From contig CAWDVE010000013.1 in the NCBI GenBank assembly GCA_963805625.1, forward strand, positions 224,001 through 288,000: a DNA stretch of 64,000 nucleotides. The letters run 5' to 3'. Each line of letters starts with the position of its first letter. Within the stretch, counting starts at the first letter, position 1. Source of the DNA: an uncultured Candidatus Rokubacteria bacterium (lineage in GTDB: Bacteria; Methylomirabilota; Methylomirabilia; Rokubacteriales; DASRDR01). This document shows, in pieces, positions 50,507 to 60,598 of this stretch. Made by a program: the position numbers and the translations under genes. Below the pieces are notes generated by a model that ran no database searches, had not been told where the DNA came from, and saw only the letters and a program-made list of their open reading frames with translations.

Positions 50507-51661
50507 TCAGGCCGCCCCGGCGGGCGACATGGCCCGGATCCGCTGAACAAGAGCCGGCAGGACGTCGAGGACGTAGTCGATCTCCTCGGCCGTCGTGCCC
50601 GCCCCAAGCGAGGTCCTGACGGCGCCGAGCGCCCAGTCGACGGGGATGCCCATGGCGGTGATCACGTACGAGGGCTCGAGGCTCCCGGAGGTGCACGCCG
50701 AGCCCGCGGAGACCCCGATGCCCTTGAGGTCGAGCCCCAGGATGAGCGACTCCGCCTCGAGGCCGCGGAAGCTCATGTTCAGTGTGCCAGGTAGGCGACG
50801 CGTAGGATGACCGTTGAGCCGCACGTCCGGCACGGCTTGCCGCACCCCGTCCCACAGCCGATCGCGCAGGTCGGTCACGCGGAGAGCCTCCTCGGCCATG
50901 TAGCGCGCCCGGAGCTCGACCGCCTTGCCAAACCCCACGATGCCGGGCACGTGCTCGGTCCCGGCCCGCCGCCGCCGCTCGTGGTCGCCGCCGTGCTGGA
51001 CGGACACCATGCGGGTGCCCTTGCCGATGTAGAGCGCGCCGATGCCCTTCGGCCCGTAGATCTTGTGCGCCGACATCGACATGAGGGTGATCCCGGATTC
51101 CCGTGGAAACAGGGGCAGCTTCCCAAACGTCTGGACCCCGTCGGAGTGGAGCGGGATGCTTCGCTCCGCCGCGATTCGCCCGATCGCCTCGATCGGCATC
51201 AGCGTTCCAGTCTCGCTGTTCGCCGTCTGGATCGAGATCAGGATCGTGTCCGGACGGAGCGCGCGCCGCACGTCGTCCGGATCCACCAGACCCTCGCCGT
51301 CGACGGGCAGGTACGTCACGGCGTGGCCGACCTGCTCCAGCGCCTGACAGGTACGCAAGAGGGCATGATGCTCGACCACGGTCGTGACGATGTGGCCCCC
51401 CGGACGGGCGCCCGCAACACCCTTGACCGCCAGGTTGTCTGATTCGGTGCCGCCGGACGTGAACACGATCTCCTCCGGCGTGACCCCGAGGAAGCCTGCG
51501 ATGCTCTCGCGCGCGGCGTCGATGCCGTCACGAGCCTCCCGCCCGAAGCTGTGGATGCTCGAGGCATTGCCGAAGCGCTGCGAGAAGTAGGGCAGCATCG
51601 CCGTCAGGACGTCGGGGTGGACGGGGGTCGAGGCGTTGTGATCGAGATAGACGCGTCGCAT
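50507..51661 (-). CDS. Cysteine desulfurase (NifS/IscS-like, second copy)
   Basis: YLDHNAST, FTSGGTESDN, SAHKIYGPKG, SAGSACTS. Confidence 0.95.
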   Translation of the reverse strand: MRRVYLDHNASTPVHPDVLTAMLPYFSQRFGNASSIHSFGREARDGIDAARESIAGFLGVTPEEIVFTSGGTESDNLAVKGVAGARPGGHIVTTVVEHHALLRTCQALEQVGHAVTYLPVDGEGLVDPDDVRRALRPDTILISIQTANSETGTLMPIEAIGRIAAERSIPLHSDGVQTFGKLPLFPRESGITLMSMSAHKIYGPKGIGALYIGKGTRMVSVQHGGDHERRRRAGTEHVPGIVGFGKAVELRARYMAEEALRVTDLRDRLWDGVRQAVPDVRLNGHPTRRLPGTLNMSFRGLEAESLILGLDLKGIGVSAGSACTSGSLEPSYVITAMGIPVDWALGAVRTSLGAGTTAEEIDYVLDVLPALVQRIRAMSPAGAA

Positions 51662-51727
51662 GACGTTCCTCACCTCGTGACGCGGCTGGCCCGCTGCCGC
51701 GCAAGCGCCCGCGGAGGGCTCGGCGCG

Positions 51728-51756
51728 TTGACAGCGTACCGACCGGATGCTAGCGT
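51728..51756 (+). promoter_or_regulatory. Sigma-70 promoter for the DsrE/F/H-like trio (near-leaderless)
   Basis: TTGACA-N17-TAGCGT with extended -10 TG. The ATG lies 9 nt downstream with no RBS. Confidence 0.65.
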
Positions 51757-51765
51757 TAGCGCGCA

Positions 51766-52104
51766 ATGAGCGGCGAGGTCGCGAGCCAGGATCTGCGCGG
51801 CCGCAAGCTCGGGATGCTCCTCTCCACCGACCCGCGGCACCCCAACCTCGAGACCGGTCTCGGCCTCGCCCGGGCGGCGCTGGATCGCGGCGTGGATCTC
51901 TACCTCTACATGGTCGACGACGGTGTCCGCAACATCGACGACGAGCGCGTGCTCGAGCTCGGCCGCCGTGGCGCGAAGCTCTTCGTATGCGCCTACGGCT
52001 GCCAGCGACGGCGCCTGCCCATCACGGACAAGGCGACGTACTGCGGTCTCGTCGTCCTCACCGATCTCATCAATGGCACCGAGCGCTTCGTCGCGCTCAA
52101 CTGA
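51766..52104 (+). CDS. DsrE/TusD-family sulfur relay protein
   Basis: LYMVDDGV, FVCAYGC, GLVVLTDLI. Confidence 0.8.
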   Translation: MSGEVASQDLRGRKLGMLLSTDPRHPNLETGLGLARAALDRGVDLYLYMVDDGVRNIDDERVLELGRRGAKLFVCAYGCQRRRLPITDKATYCGLVVLTDLINGTERFVALN

Positions 52105-52134
52105 CCCGGCCCGCAAGACCGTCGACGTCACGTG

Positions 52135-52494
52135 ATGCCCGAAACCGAGATCCCCGTTCTCGTCGCCGTGTCGGTGGACCCGGAGACGTCGCACCGCGCG
52201 AACGAGGCCGTGCGTATCGCGCTCGGTATCCTCGCGGGGGAGAACGCCGTCACGATCGTCCTCCTGGGCGCAGGCGCCAAGGTGCTCGACGCGGACGTCG
52301 AGGACTACGTGGACGGGGAGGATCTCATGAGGCACCTGGGCACGCTCAAGAAGCTCGGCCAAGCGTTTCACGTCGAGCGAAGCGCCATGCGGTCCAACGG
52401 GGGCTGGAATCCGCTCGGCCTCGAGCTGCTGCCGATCGACCGGGCGGAGCTCGCGGGCCTTCTCGCGGGAAGCCGCCGGGCGCTTCTCTTCTAG
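52135..52494 (+). CDS. DsrF/TusC-like protein
   Basis: EAVRIALG, VTIVLLGAG and the C-terminal ELAGLLA..RALLF pattern; middle gene of the trio. Confidence 0.65.
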   Translation: MPETEIPVLVAVSVDPETSHRANEAVRIALGILAGENAVTIVLLGAGAKVLDADVEDYVDGEDLMRHLGTLKKLGQAFHVERSAMRSNGGWNPLGLELLPIDRAELAGLLAGSRRALLF

Positions 52495-52500
52495 ACCGCC

Positions 52501-52764
52501 GTGCCGCACGTCCTGCACCTGGTCAAGGACCCCGGGAACTCGACGGCGCTCGAGGTGATCGGCACCCAGGCAGCGGACCCGAGCGTCCGGCTCTCGGTCG
52601 TGCTGATGCACGACGCCGTCCGCCTCACCGAGCCGCTGCCCGGCCGGATCTACCGCCTGCGCGACGGGCATCCCGACCTCCCTCCGCAATCCGGCTCGGA
52701 TGCGATCGGTCCCAGCGAGCTTCTCGACCTGATCTTCACGGCCGATTCCATCGTGACCTGGTAG
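52501..52764 (+). CDS. DsrH/TusB-like protein
   Basis: VLHLVK...VLMHDAV...LDLIFTADSIVTW. Confidence 0.7.
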   Translation: MPHVLHLVKDPGNSTALEVIGTQAADPSVRLSVVLMHDAVRLTEPLPGRIYRLRDGHPDLPPQSGSDAIGPSELLDLIFTADSIVTW

Positions 52765-52776
52765 CGCTCCCGTCCC

Positions 52777-52986
52777 TCACGGATTCGCGCGGAACTCCTC
52801 GAGCCACGCCATCTGGATCGCCTCGAGCTTGCCTTCGGTCGACGCCTTCGGGTCGTCGGCGAACCCGGGCAGCTCGGTGACCCACCGATGGAGGTCGGTG
52901 AACCTCACCGTGAGGGGATCGGTGTCCGGATAGCGCTCCACGAGTGCGAGCGCGATGTCCTCGGTGTCCTGCCAGCCGATGCTCAT
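52777..52986 (-). CDS. iscX: Fe-S assembly protein IscX
   Basis: WQDTEDIA, DPLTVRFTDL, LEAIQMAW. Confidence 0.93.
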   Translation of the reverse strand: MSIGWQDTEDIALALVERYPDTDPLTVRFTDLHRWVTELPGFADDPKASTEGKLEAIQMAWLEEFRANP

Positions 52987-52999
52987 GGTCCCCGGCCCG

Positions 53000-53323
53000 T
53001 CACTCCACGATGTCGACGACCACGTCACCCTGCACGATCGCCTGGCAACCGAGCCTCGAGTGGAGGGTCAGACCCGTAGCCGTGTCGAGGCGATCCTCCT
53101 CGTCCGGCTCCATGGGCGAGAGGTTCTCCTCGCCCTGGCGGACGACGACGTGGCAGGTGGTGCAGGCGCAGTTGCCCCCGCAGTTGTGGTCCATCCGGAC
53201 CCCGTGGTGGAGTGCAATGTCGAGGAGCGATCCGGGCTTCCCGTGATCGCCATACGGGAAGTCCTTGTCGTCGACCTCCACGGTAACGTCGGCTGGCTTG
53301 AAGGTGACCCGGTACCGGGCCAT
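53000..53323 (-). CDS. fdx: ISC-system 2Fe-2S ferredoxin
   Basis: HNCGGNCACTTCHV...SRLGCQ. Confidence 0.93.
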   Translation of the reverse strand: MARYRVTFKPADVTVEVDDKDFPYGDHGKPGSLLDIALHHGVRMDHNCGGNCACTTCHVVVRQGEENLSPMEPDEEDRLDTATGLTLHSRLGCQAIVQGDVVVDIVE

Positions 53324-53325
53324 CG

Positions 53326-55221
53326 TCAGCGCGCCTCCCCCGCCGGCACGTCGGCGATCCGTCGCTCCTTGAGCGTGTCCCGGAGCACAGAATCCATCAG
53401 CCTCTCGGCCAGTTGCTGGGTTTCCCGATTCACGCGTTCCGTCGCCTCGCGGATCGCGCCAGCATCCTCTTCGTGACGCGCGCCCGCGAGCGCCGCCACG
53501 GCTTCGCGGATCCGCGCGGCCTCCTCGGCCCCGAGGAAATCCGCCCCCTGGACCAGCGCCTTCTCGGTCGCGCGCAGCACCGTGTCGGCCTCGTTCCGGG
53601 CGTCGATCAGTCCGCGGGCGCGGACGTCGGCCTCCGCGTGCTCGAGCGACTCGTCGATCATCCGCTCGACTTCGGCGTCGCTCAGCCCGTAGGTCGGGCG
53701 GACCTCGACGGAGGCCTGGGTGCCGCTGCGGACCTCCTTCGCCGTCACGCTCAGGATGCCGTTCGCATCGATCAGGAAGGTCACCTCGATGCGCGGCAAG
53801 CCCGCCGCCATGGGCGGGATCCCCCTGAGGTCGAATCGCGCGAGGCTCCGGTTGTCCGTCGCCAGGTCCCGCTCCCCCTGGACCACGTGCATGTCCACGA
53901 CGGACTGGCCGTCGACCGAGGTGGTGAACCCCTCGTGGGCGGACGTCGGGATTGTGGTGTTCCGGGGGATCAGCACGCTCACGGCGCCGCCCAGCGTCTC
54001 GATCCCGAGCGAGAGCGGCGTGACGTCGAGGAGGAGCATGTGGGTCGTCCCGCCGGCGAGGATGTCAGCCTGAACGGCTGCTCCGAGGGCCACCACCTCG
54101 TCGGGGTTCAGCTCGGAGTGGGGCACCCGCCCGAACAGCTCCTGCACCCGCCGCCGCACGAGGGGCGTCCGCGTCGCCCCGCCCACGAGGACGACCTCGT
54201 CGATTCCCTCGAGAGCCAGGCCCGAGTCGGCGATGGCGACCCGGCAGGGACCTAGGGTCCGCGCCACGATGGGGCCGATGACCGACTCCAGCTCGGCCCG
54301 AGTCAGCTCCCGCCGGTAGGTGAGGCCGTGCTGCGGCAGCGGCAGGGTGAAGACCGTCCGCTCCTCGCTGGACAGGAGGATGCGGGCCGCCTCGATGCCC
54401 AGGCGGATCTCCTGGAGCGTGTCCGCCTCGCCGGCGACGTCGACGCGGTGGCGGGCCCGGAGCTCGTCCACCACCAGATCGACCAGGGCGCGGTCGAAGT
54501 CGTCCCCGCCCAGGTGGGTGTCACCGTTGGTCGCGAGCACCTCGAAGATGCCGTCCTTGACCTTCAGGATCGAGACGTCGAACGTCCCGCCCCCGAGGTC
54601 GTAGACCGCGATCACGCCTTCCTTCCGCCGTTGGAGCCCGTACGCGAGGCACGCCGCTGTCGGCTCGTTGACGATCCTGAGCACGTCCAGGCCGGCAATA
54701 CGGCCCGCGTCCTTCGTCGCCTGTCGCTGGGCGTCGTTGAAGTAGGCCGGGACCGTGATGACTGCCTTCTCCACCGGGCGGCCGAGATGCCGCTCCGCGC
54801 GCGTCCGGAGGTCGCGGAGGATGAGGGCCGAGACCTCGGGCGGAGTGAGCTCGCGGTCACCGATCCGGATACGGACGATTTCCTGGCTCGGCGTGATGTG
54901 GAAGGGGAAGTAACGTAGCTCCTCACGGACGTCCTCGAAGCCCTTCCCCATGAAGCGCTTGATGGAGTACACCGCACGCTCAGCGTGGCGCACGAGCATC
55001 CGCCGCGCCGCATCGCCGACAACGGGACCCGCGGGCCCGAACGCGACGACCGAGGGTACGAGCCCACGGCCATCCGCGTCGCGAATCACCTGGGGCACGC
55101 CCCGGTCCATGTAGGCGACCAGGCTGTTCGTGGTCCCGAGGTCGATCCCGACCACCAGCTCCTTGACGCCTGGTGGGTCGGGCCGGGCTCCCGGGGCCAC
55201 GCCGATCGTCAGGTCCGTCAT
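53326..55221 (-). CDS. hscA: Fe-S assembly chaperone HscA
   Basis: [25 protein letters not shown]; isc operon context. Confidence 0.92.
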   Translation of the reverse strand: MTDLTIGVAPGARPDPPGVKELVVGIDLGTTNSLVAYMDRGVPQVIRDADGRGLVPSVVAFGPAGPVVGDAARRMLVRHAERAVYSIKRFMGKGFEDVREELRYFPFHITPSQEIVRIRIGDRELTPPEVSALILRDLRTRAERHLGRPVEKAVITVPAYFNDAQRQATKDAGRIAGLDVLRIVNEPTAACLAYGLQRRKEGVIAVYDLGGGTFDVSILKVKDGIFEVLATNGDTHLGGDDFDRALVDLVVDELRARHRVDVAGEADTLQEIRLGIEAARILLSSEERTVFTLPLPQHGLTYRRELTRAELESVIGPIVARTLGPCRVAIADSGLALEGIDEVVLVGGATRTPLVRRRVQELFGRVPHSELNPDEVVALGAAVQADILAGGTTHMLLLDVTPLSLGIETLGGAVSVLIPRNTTIPTSAHEGFTTSVDGQSVVDMHVVQGERDLATDNRSLARFDLRGIPPMAAGLPRIEVTFLIDANGILSVTAKEVRSGTQASVEVRPTYGLSDAEVERMIDESLEHAEADVRARGLIDARNEADTVLRATEKALVQGADFLGAEEAARIREAVAALAGARHEEDAGAIREATERVNRETQQLAERLMDSVLRDTLKERRIADVPAGEAR

Positions 55222-55973
55222 CGGTCCGTCTGTCCTCCATCCATTTGGACGGTGAGCGTGACCCCCAGGTCGCGGAGGACCGTCCGCAGATACGCGCGGG
55301 TCGCGAGAATGTCACGCATCCGGCCGAGCACCCGACGGCGCGTCGCGGCGTCGCCTGCATCCCATTCCGGGAAACATGCGGTCAGCTCCGTCTCCGCGCC
55401 GACGCGCCGAGCCGCGAGCTCCGCCTGCGCCCCTTCCAGGCGGGCGCGGAGCGCGGGCGCCTCGTCGGCGTCAGCCGTCTGGAGCTCCATCCGCGCCTCC
55501 TGCACTTCCAGGATCTCCTCGAAGAGATCGGCCGGCGGCTTCGCCTGCCCCGCCGTGCCGAGCGCCATGCCCTCGAGCTCCAGGAGGTAGTCCACGCGAG
55601 TCACCGGATCCCGGAGCGCGCGGTACGCGGCGTTCACGGCCGCGGAGGCCTCGAGACTGATGGCCTGCTCCTCCGGAGACCGCAGGCGGAAGTAGTCCGG
55701 ATGGAGGCGCCGATTCAACCCGTGGAAGCGCTGCTCGAGGTCGGCCCGATCGAGGGCGAGCCGGCGTTCGAGCCCGAGCACGGTCCAGTGGTCGCTCCCC
55801 GCCGGAAATGGCTGGAGCCGGCCGCACTCGGAACAGACCTGCCCGTCGGCCGCGACCGCGCCGCAGCTCCAGCATTTCGATCCGTTCCGCTCGTCCGCTC
55901 CTACCACCACACTCGCCCCCAAACACCGACCGGGCCTCGGAGGAGGCCCGGTCAGATCGCTGTCCCGCTCCAC
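55218..55973 (-). CDS. hscB: Co-chaperone HscB with N-terminal tetracysteine motif (start uncertain)
   Basis: CWSC...CSEC, J-domain [13 protein letters not shown]. Confidence 0.9.
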   Translation of the reverse strand: MERDSDLTGPPPRPGRCLGASVVVGADERNGSKCWSCGAVAADGQVCSECGRLQPFPAGSDHWTVLGLERRLALDRADLEQRFHGLNRRLHPDYFRLRSPEEQAISLEASAAVNAAYRALRDPVTRVDYLLELEGMALGTAGQAKPPADLFEEILEVQEARMELQTADADEAPALRARLEGAQAELAARRVGAETELTACFPEWDAGDAATRRRVLGRMRDILATRAYLRTVLRDLGVTLTVQMDGGQTDR

Positions 55974-56022
55974 CTCGAGTCAGGTCGGGATGCCGCTCGC
56001 CCCGCCCCCCGTCGTCAGAGAC

Positions 56023-56349
56023 TCAGGCCGTGAACGACGTGCCGCAGCCGCAGCTCGACTTCGCGTTGGGGTTGACGAAGGTGAAGCCACCGGTCAGACC
56101 CTGGGTGACGTAGTCCAGCGTCGTCCCGTTCAGGTAGAGGTAGCTCTTGACATCCACGACGACCTTCACCCCATCGACCTCGAACTCCTTGTCGTGCTTC
56201 CTGAGCTCGCTGTCGAACTGAAGATCGTAGGTCATGCCCGAGCACCCGCCCCCGCGCACACCCATACGGAGGAACGCGTGGTCGAGGCTCTGGGCCTTCA
56301 TGAGCTCCTTGACCCGGTTGACCGCCACCGGCGTCATCGAGACCGCCAT
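56023..56349 (-). CDS. iscA: A-type Fe-S carrier
   Basis: GGCSG...CGCGTSF. Confidence 0.95.
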   Translation of the reverse strand: MAVSMTPVAVNRVKELMKAQSLDHAFLRMGVRGGGCSGMTYDLQFDSELRKHDKEFEVDGVKVVVDVKSYLYLNGTTLDYVTQGLTGGFTFVNPNAKSSCGCGTSFTA

Positions 56350-56374
56350 GGTCGTCCGTCCTCCCCTCGCTCCG

Positions 56375-56791
56375 CTATTCCTGGCCCTGGGCCGTCACCG
56401 CCTGCCGCTCGGCCCACTTCTCCTGGAAGTCGCGGATCGCCGCCTTGATCGCGTCCTCGGCCAGGACCGAGCAATGGATCTTGACGGGCGGCAGCTTCAG
56501 CTCGTTCACGATGTCCGTGTTCTTGATCTTCAGGGCATCGTCGACGCTCTTGCCCTTGAGCCATTCGGTGGCAAGGCTCGAGCTGGCGATGGCGGAGCCG
56601 CAGCCGAAGGTCTTGAACTTGGCGTCCTCGATGACGCCGGTGTCCAGGTTGACCTTGATCTGGAGCTTCATCACGTCGCCGCACTCGGGGGCGCCGACGA
56701 GCCCCGTCCCCAGCCCCGGAGTGTCCTTGCCGAAGGACCCGACATTCCGGGGGTTGCTGTAGTGGTCGATCACCTTGTCGCTATAGGGCAT
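56375..56791 (-). CDS. iscU: Fe-S scaffold IscU
   Basis: PRNVG, CGD, FGCGSA, LPPVKIHCS. Confidence 0.97.
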   Translation of the reverse strand: MPYSDKVIDHYSNPRNVGSFGKDTPGLGTGLVGAPECGDVMKLQIKVNLDTGVIEDAKFKTFGCGSAIASSSLATEWLKGKSVDDALKIKNTDIVNELKLPPVKIHCSVLAEDAIKAAIRDFQEKWAERQAVTAQGQE

Positions 56792-56805
56792 GGGCGCCGT
56801 CTCCT

Positions 56806-58035
56806 TTACTCAGCCTTCCACTGGATGGACTTGATGTCCACGCCTTCCTTCGCCAGTTCGTAGAGCGGCGACATCTCGCGGAGCCGCTTCACGACGTCGA
56901 TCGTCCGATCGGCCACGACATCAACCTCCTCGCCGGTGGTGAACCGATGCAGCCCGTACCGGATCGAGGAGTGCGCGAGATCGGCTCCCACGCCGAGCGC
57001 CTGGATGACGTACGACGGCTCCAGGGTGGACGACGTGCAGGCTGACCCAGACGACAGCGCGACTTCCTTGTTGAGTCCCATGAGGATCGATTCACCCTCG
57101 ACGTAGGCGAACGAGATGTTGAGGGTGTGGGGCAGCCGGCGCTCCGGGTGGCCGTTCAGGTACGACTCGTCCACGGACGAGAGGATGCGATCCTGCAGCC
57201 GGTCCCTGAGCTGGGCCAGCCGCGCCCCCTCCTCGGACATGACCTCGCGGCAGATCTCGGCCGCGAGGCCAAAGCCCACCGCTAGCGCCACCGGCACCGT
57301 CCCGGAGCGGGCGCCGCGCTCGTGGCCGCCACCGTCGATCATGGGGGCGAGACGGACGCGCGGGTTGCGCCGGCGCACGTACAGGGCGCCAATGCCCTTG
57401 GGCCCGTAGAGCTTGTGCGCGGTGCAGGACAAGAGGTCGATGCCCATCTTCTCGACGTCGACCGGAATCTTGCCCACGGCTTCGGTCGCGTCCGTGTGGA
57501 AGAGGACACCCCGCTCCTTCGCGACCCGGCTCAGCTCCTGGACCGCCTGGATGGTCCCGATCTCGTTGTTAGCGAGCATGATCGAGACGAGGATGGTCCG
57601 GTCGGTGATGGCCTTGCGGAGCGCGTCGGGATCGACCACGCCCATCGCATCGACCGGCAGGTAGGTCACCCGGGCGAGTCCCTGCTTCTCCAGTCGCCGG
57701 CAGGGATCGAGGACCGCGCGCTGCTCCGTCACCGTCGTGACGATGTGGTCGCCCTTCTCCCGGTACATCTCCACGACGCCCTTGATGGCCAGGTTGTCGG
57801 CCTCGGTTCCCCCGGATGTCCAGACCAGCTCCTTGGGGTCGCGCGCGCCGATCAGCCGGGCCAGCTGCTCGCGAGCCCGCTCCATGCCTCCTTCCGCCTC
57901 CCAGCCGAAGGAGTGGTTGCGGCTGCCGGGATGCCCGAACTTCTCGGTGAAGTACGGGATCATCGCCTCGAGCACCCGGGGGTCAACGGGCGTCGTCGAG
58001 TTGCTGTCCATGAAGATCGGGAACTTCACCGCCAT
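56806..58035 (-). CDS. iscS: Cysteine desulfurase IscS
   Basis: TAHKLYGPKG, SSGSACTS, LREMSPLY...SIQW. Confidence 0.96.
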   Translation of the reverse strand: MAVKFPIFMDSNSTTPVDPRVLEAMIPYFTEKFGHPGSRNHSFGWEAEGGMERAREQLARLIGARDPKELVWTSGGTEADNLAIKGVVEMYREKGDHIVTTVTEQRAVLDPCRRLEKQGLARVTYLPVDAMGVVDPDALRKAITDRTILVSIMLANNEIGTIQAVQELSRVAKERGVLFHTDATEAVGKIPVDVEKMGIDLLSCTAHKLYGPKGIGALYVRRRNPRVRLAPMIDGGGHERGARSGTVPVALAVGFGLAAEICREVMSEEGARLAQLRDRLQDRILSSVDESYLNGHPERRLPHTLNISFAYVEGESILMGLNKEVALSSGSACTSSTLEPSYVIQALGVGADLAHSSIRYGLHRFTTGEEVDVVADRTIDVVKRLREMSPLYELAKEGVDIKSIQWKAE

Positions 58036-58058
58036 GCGCCGTCTCCTCAGTGCTGCGT

Positions 58059-58505
58059 TCAGTGCCGCGTTGCGACGAGCCCCGCTGCGACGGTCGGCGG
58101 CTCGTTCAGGGTATTCATCGTCTCTAGGGTCATGGTCTCCAGGAATCGCTCGATACCGCTCTGGATCGCCAGCACCGGACGCCGGATGTTGCAACGCTCG
58201 AGCTGCGGACACTTCATCGTCCGGTAGCAGTTCACCAGACCGAGGGGACCCTCGATCGCCTGGAGCACCTCGCTCACCCGAATCTGGCTCGGGTCCCGGG
58301 CGAGGACGTAGCCCCCCTTGGGCCCGTTGACGCTCGCGATCAGCTTCCCCTTGGCGAGGCGCTGAAGGATCTTCGCGAGGAGCTCCGATGGGATCCCGAG
58401 GTCTTCCGCGATCCGCTTGGTATTGACCACGCCGCCGTGCTGGTGGAACGCGATATAGTGAACCGCCATCAGCCCGTAGTCAGCCTTCCTGCTGAACCTT
58501 AACAC
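58059..58505 (-). CDS. iscR: Rrf2-family regulator (IscR-like, three Cys)
   Basis: KADYGL, GPKGGYVLAR, C-x5-C-x5-C; first gene of the isc operon. Confidence 0.82.
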   Translation of the reverse strand: MLRFSRKADYGLMAVHYIAFHQHGGVVNTKRIAEDLGIPSELLAKILQRLAKGKLIASVNGPKGGYVLARDPSQIRVSEVLQAIEGPLGLVNCYRTMKCPQLERCNIRRPVLAIQSGIERFLETMTLETMNTLNEPPTVAAGLVATRH

Positions 58506-58520
58506 CGACCCTCCTGATCG

Positions 58521-58571
58521 CCGACCTAATTGGTCGGAGTTAAAGATGACATGCGGCCAGGATCCTGTCAA
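58521..58571 (-). promoter_or_regulatory. isc promoter with a palindromic IscR-type operator
   Basis: TTGACA (58571-58566)-N17-CATCTT. The palindrome CCGACC-N5-GGTCGG at 58521-58537 resembles the IscR type-1 site. Confidence 0.7.
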
Positions 58572-58769
58572 GGCGTCAACAGCCTGGAATCGCTGCCGAT
58601 TTGGCGACGGGGGACGGCTCCTGGCGGGGAACGGCAATCAACGTAGGATAGTGTCAATCAGCGGACGGAGGACGCCCGCACAGACGGCGACCCATCGCCG
58701 CCGGTGCCCATCGCCGAAGGCCCCGGGTGATGCCCCGCGGCAAGGACCCGGGCGAACGGGAGCCGCCGG

Positions 58770-59780
58770 TCAGCCCCGGGGCTGGTCCAGCGAACCCGCC
58801 TCCCGAAGGATGCGGGCTGCCTCCTCCGGGAGCATGTCGGTCACGGCGATGCCCGACACATCAGTTGCGTGCTCCGGCTCGACCAGGATCTCGAGGTGCC
58901 AGTGGTAGTCGCGCTCGATCGTGTCCCATTCCCCCTGCACGATCTTGACGGCGAGATTCGGCGCGGTGTGGAGCGTGATCTCGTAAGAAGGATCCCCGAT
59001 TCCCTTGGCCAGGAGCCCGCACAGGCTCTTGAGCAGGCGGGCGAGGTCTGCCACCTCGTCGGGCGAGACCGCCTCGAAAGCGCTCGCGTGCCGGCGTGGC
59101 AGGATCCGCAGCTCGAACGGCACCCGCGCCGCATACGGCACGAAGGCCGCGAAGTGGGGCGTCATCTGGATCAGCCGCTCCCCGGTAGCGGCCTCCTCCC
59201 GGATCGTGTCGCAGAACACGCAGCGCCGCTTGTAGGCGTAGTACTCGCGAGCCTGGGTCAACTCGGTCCGAAGGTCGTCGAAGACGATCGGCGCCGCAAG
59301 GATCCGCGAGTAGGGATGCCGGATCCGGGAGCCGGGTTTCCCGTGCCGGCGCGTCACGACGACGTTCCGGATCTTCAGGTCCCGCTTGAGGTCCTTCACG
59401 CGATCCCTGTACATCCACAAGACGCGCTCGATCTGGATCTCGTCGGCGCTCTGGAGCGTCATCCCATGGTCCGGGCTCTCCACCACGATCTCGCTGGCCC
59501 CACGTGTCGAGATCCGGTCGAACATCCCGATGCCCTCGCGGACCATTTCCTCCTCGATGACGAAGTAGGGGTCCCGCTCCGGAATGACCCGCACCTCCCA
59601 GCCGGCCTTGTGGGACCCCTCCGCCAGCGGACGGTAGGAGGCGATCTCGGGAGGTGTCAGGTGCTCGTTCCCCGGACAAAATGGACAAGCACCGTCGTCA
59701 GAATCCCCGTTGTTACGTACCCGGGGCCGGACGAGTACCCACTTCCCGGTCGCCGGATCCTTCCTCAGTTCACCCCGCAT
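58770..59780 (-). CDS. GalT-like (galactose-1-phosphate uridylyltransferase family) protein with HPY in place of HPH
   Basis: ELRKDP, CPFCPGNE..TPPE, RCVFCD, PYA...PFE, YHWHLEI. Start is 59780 or 59792. Confidence 0.85.
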   Translation of the reverse strand: MRGELRKDPATGKWVLVRPRVRNNGDSDDGACPFCPGNEHLTPPEIASYRPLAEGSHKAGWEVRVIPERDPYFVIEEEMVREGIGMFDRISTRGASEIVVESPDHGMTLQSADEIQIERVLWMYRDRVKDLKRDLKIRNVVVTRRHGKPGSRIRHPYSRILAAPIVFDDLRTELTQAREYYAYKRRCVFCDTIREEAATGERLIQMTPHFAAFVPYAARVPFELRILPRRHASAFEAVSPDEVADLARLLKSLCGLLAKGIGDPSYEITLHTAPNLAVKIVQGEWDTIERDYHWHLEILVEPEHATDVSGIAVTDMLPEEAARILREAGSLDQPRG

Positions 59781-60003
59781 CTCACCCCGCATCGACGCCA
59801 GACCCTCCACTTCGAATCAAAAAGGCCAACGGTGACGACAGGATATGTAGTCACGCTCGACATTGTCAAGGAATGCGACCCCTCGAGTTCGTGTGACCGC
59901 GTCGCGTCGGCAGCCACCGCTCAGTAGAACATACGTGCAGAAGCTATGCCGGTCGGTCTGTCTTGACCGTGACGGAAGACGAGGGTGGGTGCCGGCGATC
60001 GGC

Positions 60004-60078
60004 TCAGGTCGACCGCCTCGCGTCCTGGATCGCGCGCCAGACGCGCTCCGGAGTCGCCGGCATGTCCAGGTGCCGAAT
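60004..60078 (-). pseudogene. C-terminal remnant of a xanthine dehydrogenase/CoxL-type molybdopterin subunit
   Basis: IRHLDMPATPERVWRAIQDARRST* with no recognisable upstream coding region. Confidence 0.6.
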
Positions 60079-60203
60079 CGCTTGACGGCCTGCCCGACGC
60101 CGAACGGCCCCATCACAGGTTTCCCGTGGAGGACGCGAGATCAGCAGACACCGCGGACTGGCCCGTCACTGCGGGACGCTGGACGATCAGCCGTGTGGCC
60201 GCT

Positions 60204-60395
60204 CTAGCGCGGCTCCAGCGCTGCGACGGCACAGCCGGTGGACCAGGCCGGAACCGGCTGATAGGCCAGCAGCGTGCCCCGCGCGTCACCCGCTGCGGCG
60301 GCGACGGTGATCCACGTGCGGATCTCGTGGCCGCCCGGCCCGGCCTCCGCCTCGAGCGCCTCCCGCGGATAGCGCAGGAACGTGTCGATGCGGCC
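60204..60395 (-). pseudogene. C-terminal remnant of a LigB/MhpB-type extradiol dioxygenase
   Basis: EAGPGGHEIRTWITV...YQPVPAWSTG. There is an in-frame stop a short way upstream and no start codon. Confidence 0.6.
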
Positions 60396-60598
60396 ACCGA
60401 TGCCTGATAGAGGCTCACACCCACGCGAACCTGCCCCGGATGCACACCCTTGTCAAGCCGGGCGCGCTGGGCCAGCTCTTCCGCGAGAATGTCGACCGGC
60501 GCTCCCCCTTCGGTTGCGGGTCATCCGGCGCTCGTCTATGATCGGCGCGCGATGACACCGGCGGGGCGCGAGCACGATCGCCGGGCCGGCGGGCAGAC

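Noticed and set aside
58047-58071. Imperfect 12-bp repeat at the iscR stop (TCAGTGCTGCGT/TCAGTGCCGCGT)
   Set aside because: Two short copies with no evidence of function.
59770-59793. 12-bp duplication giving MRGE-MRGE at the GalT-like start
   Set aside because: Only two copies and probably slippage; it affects start choice only.
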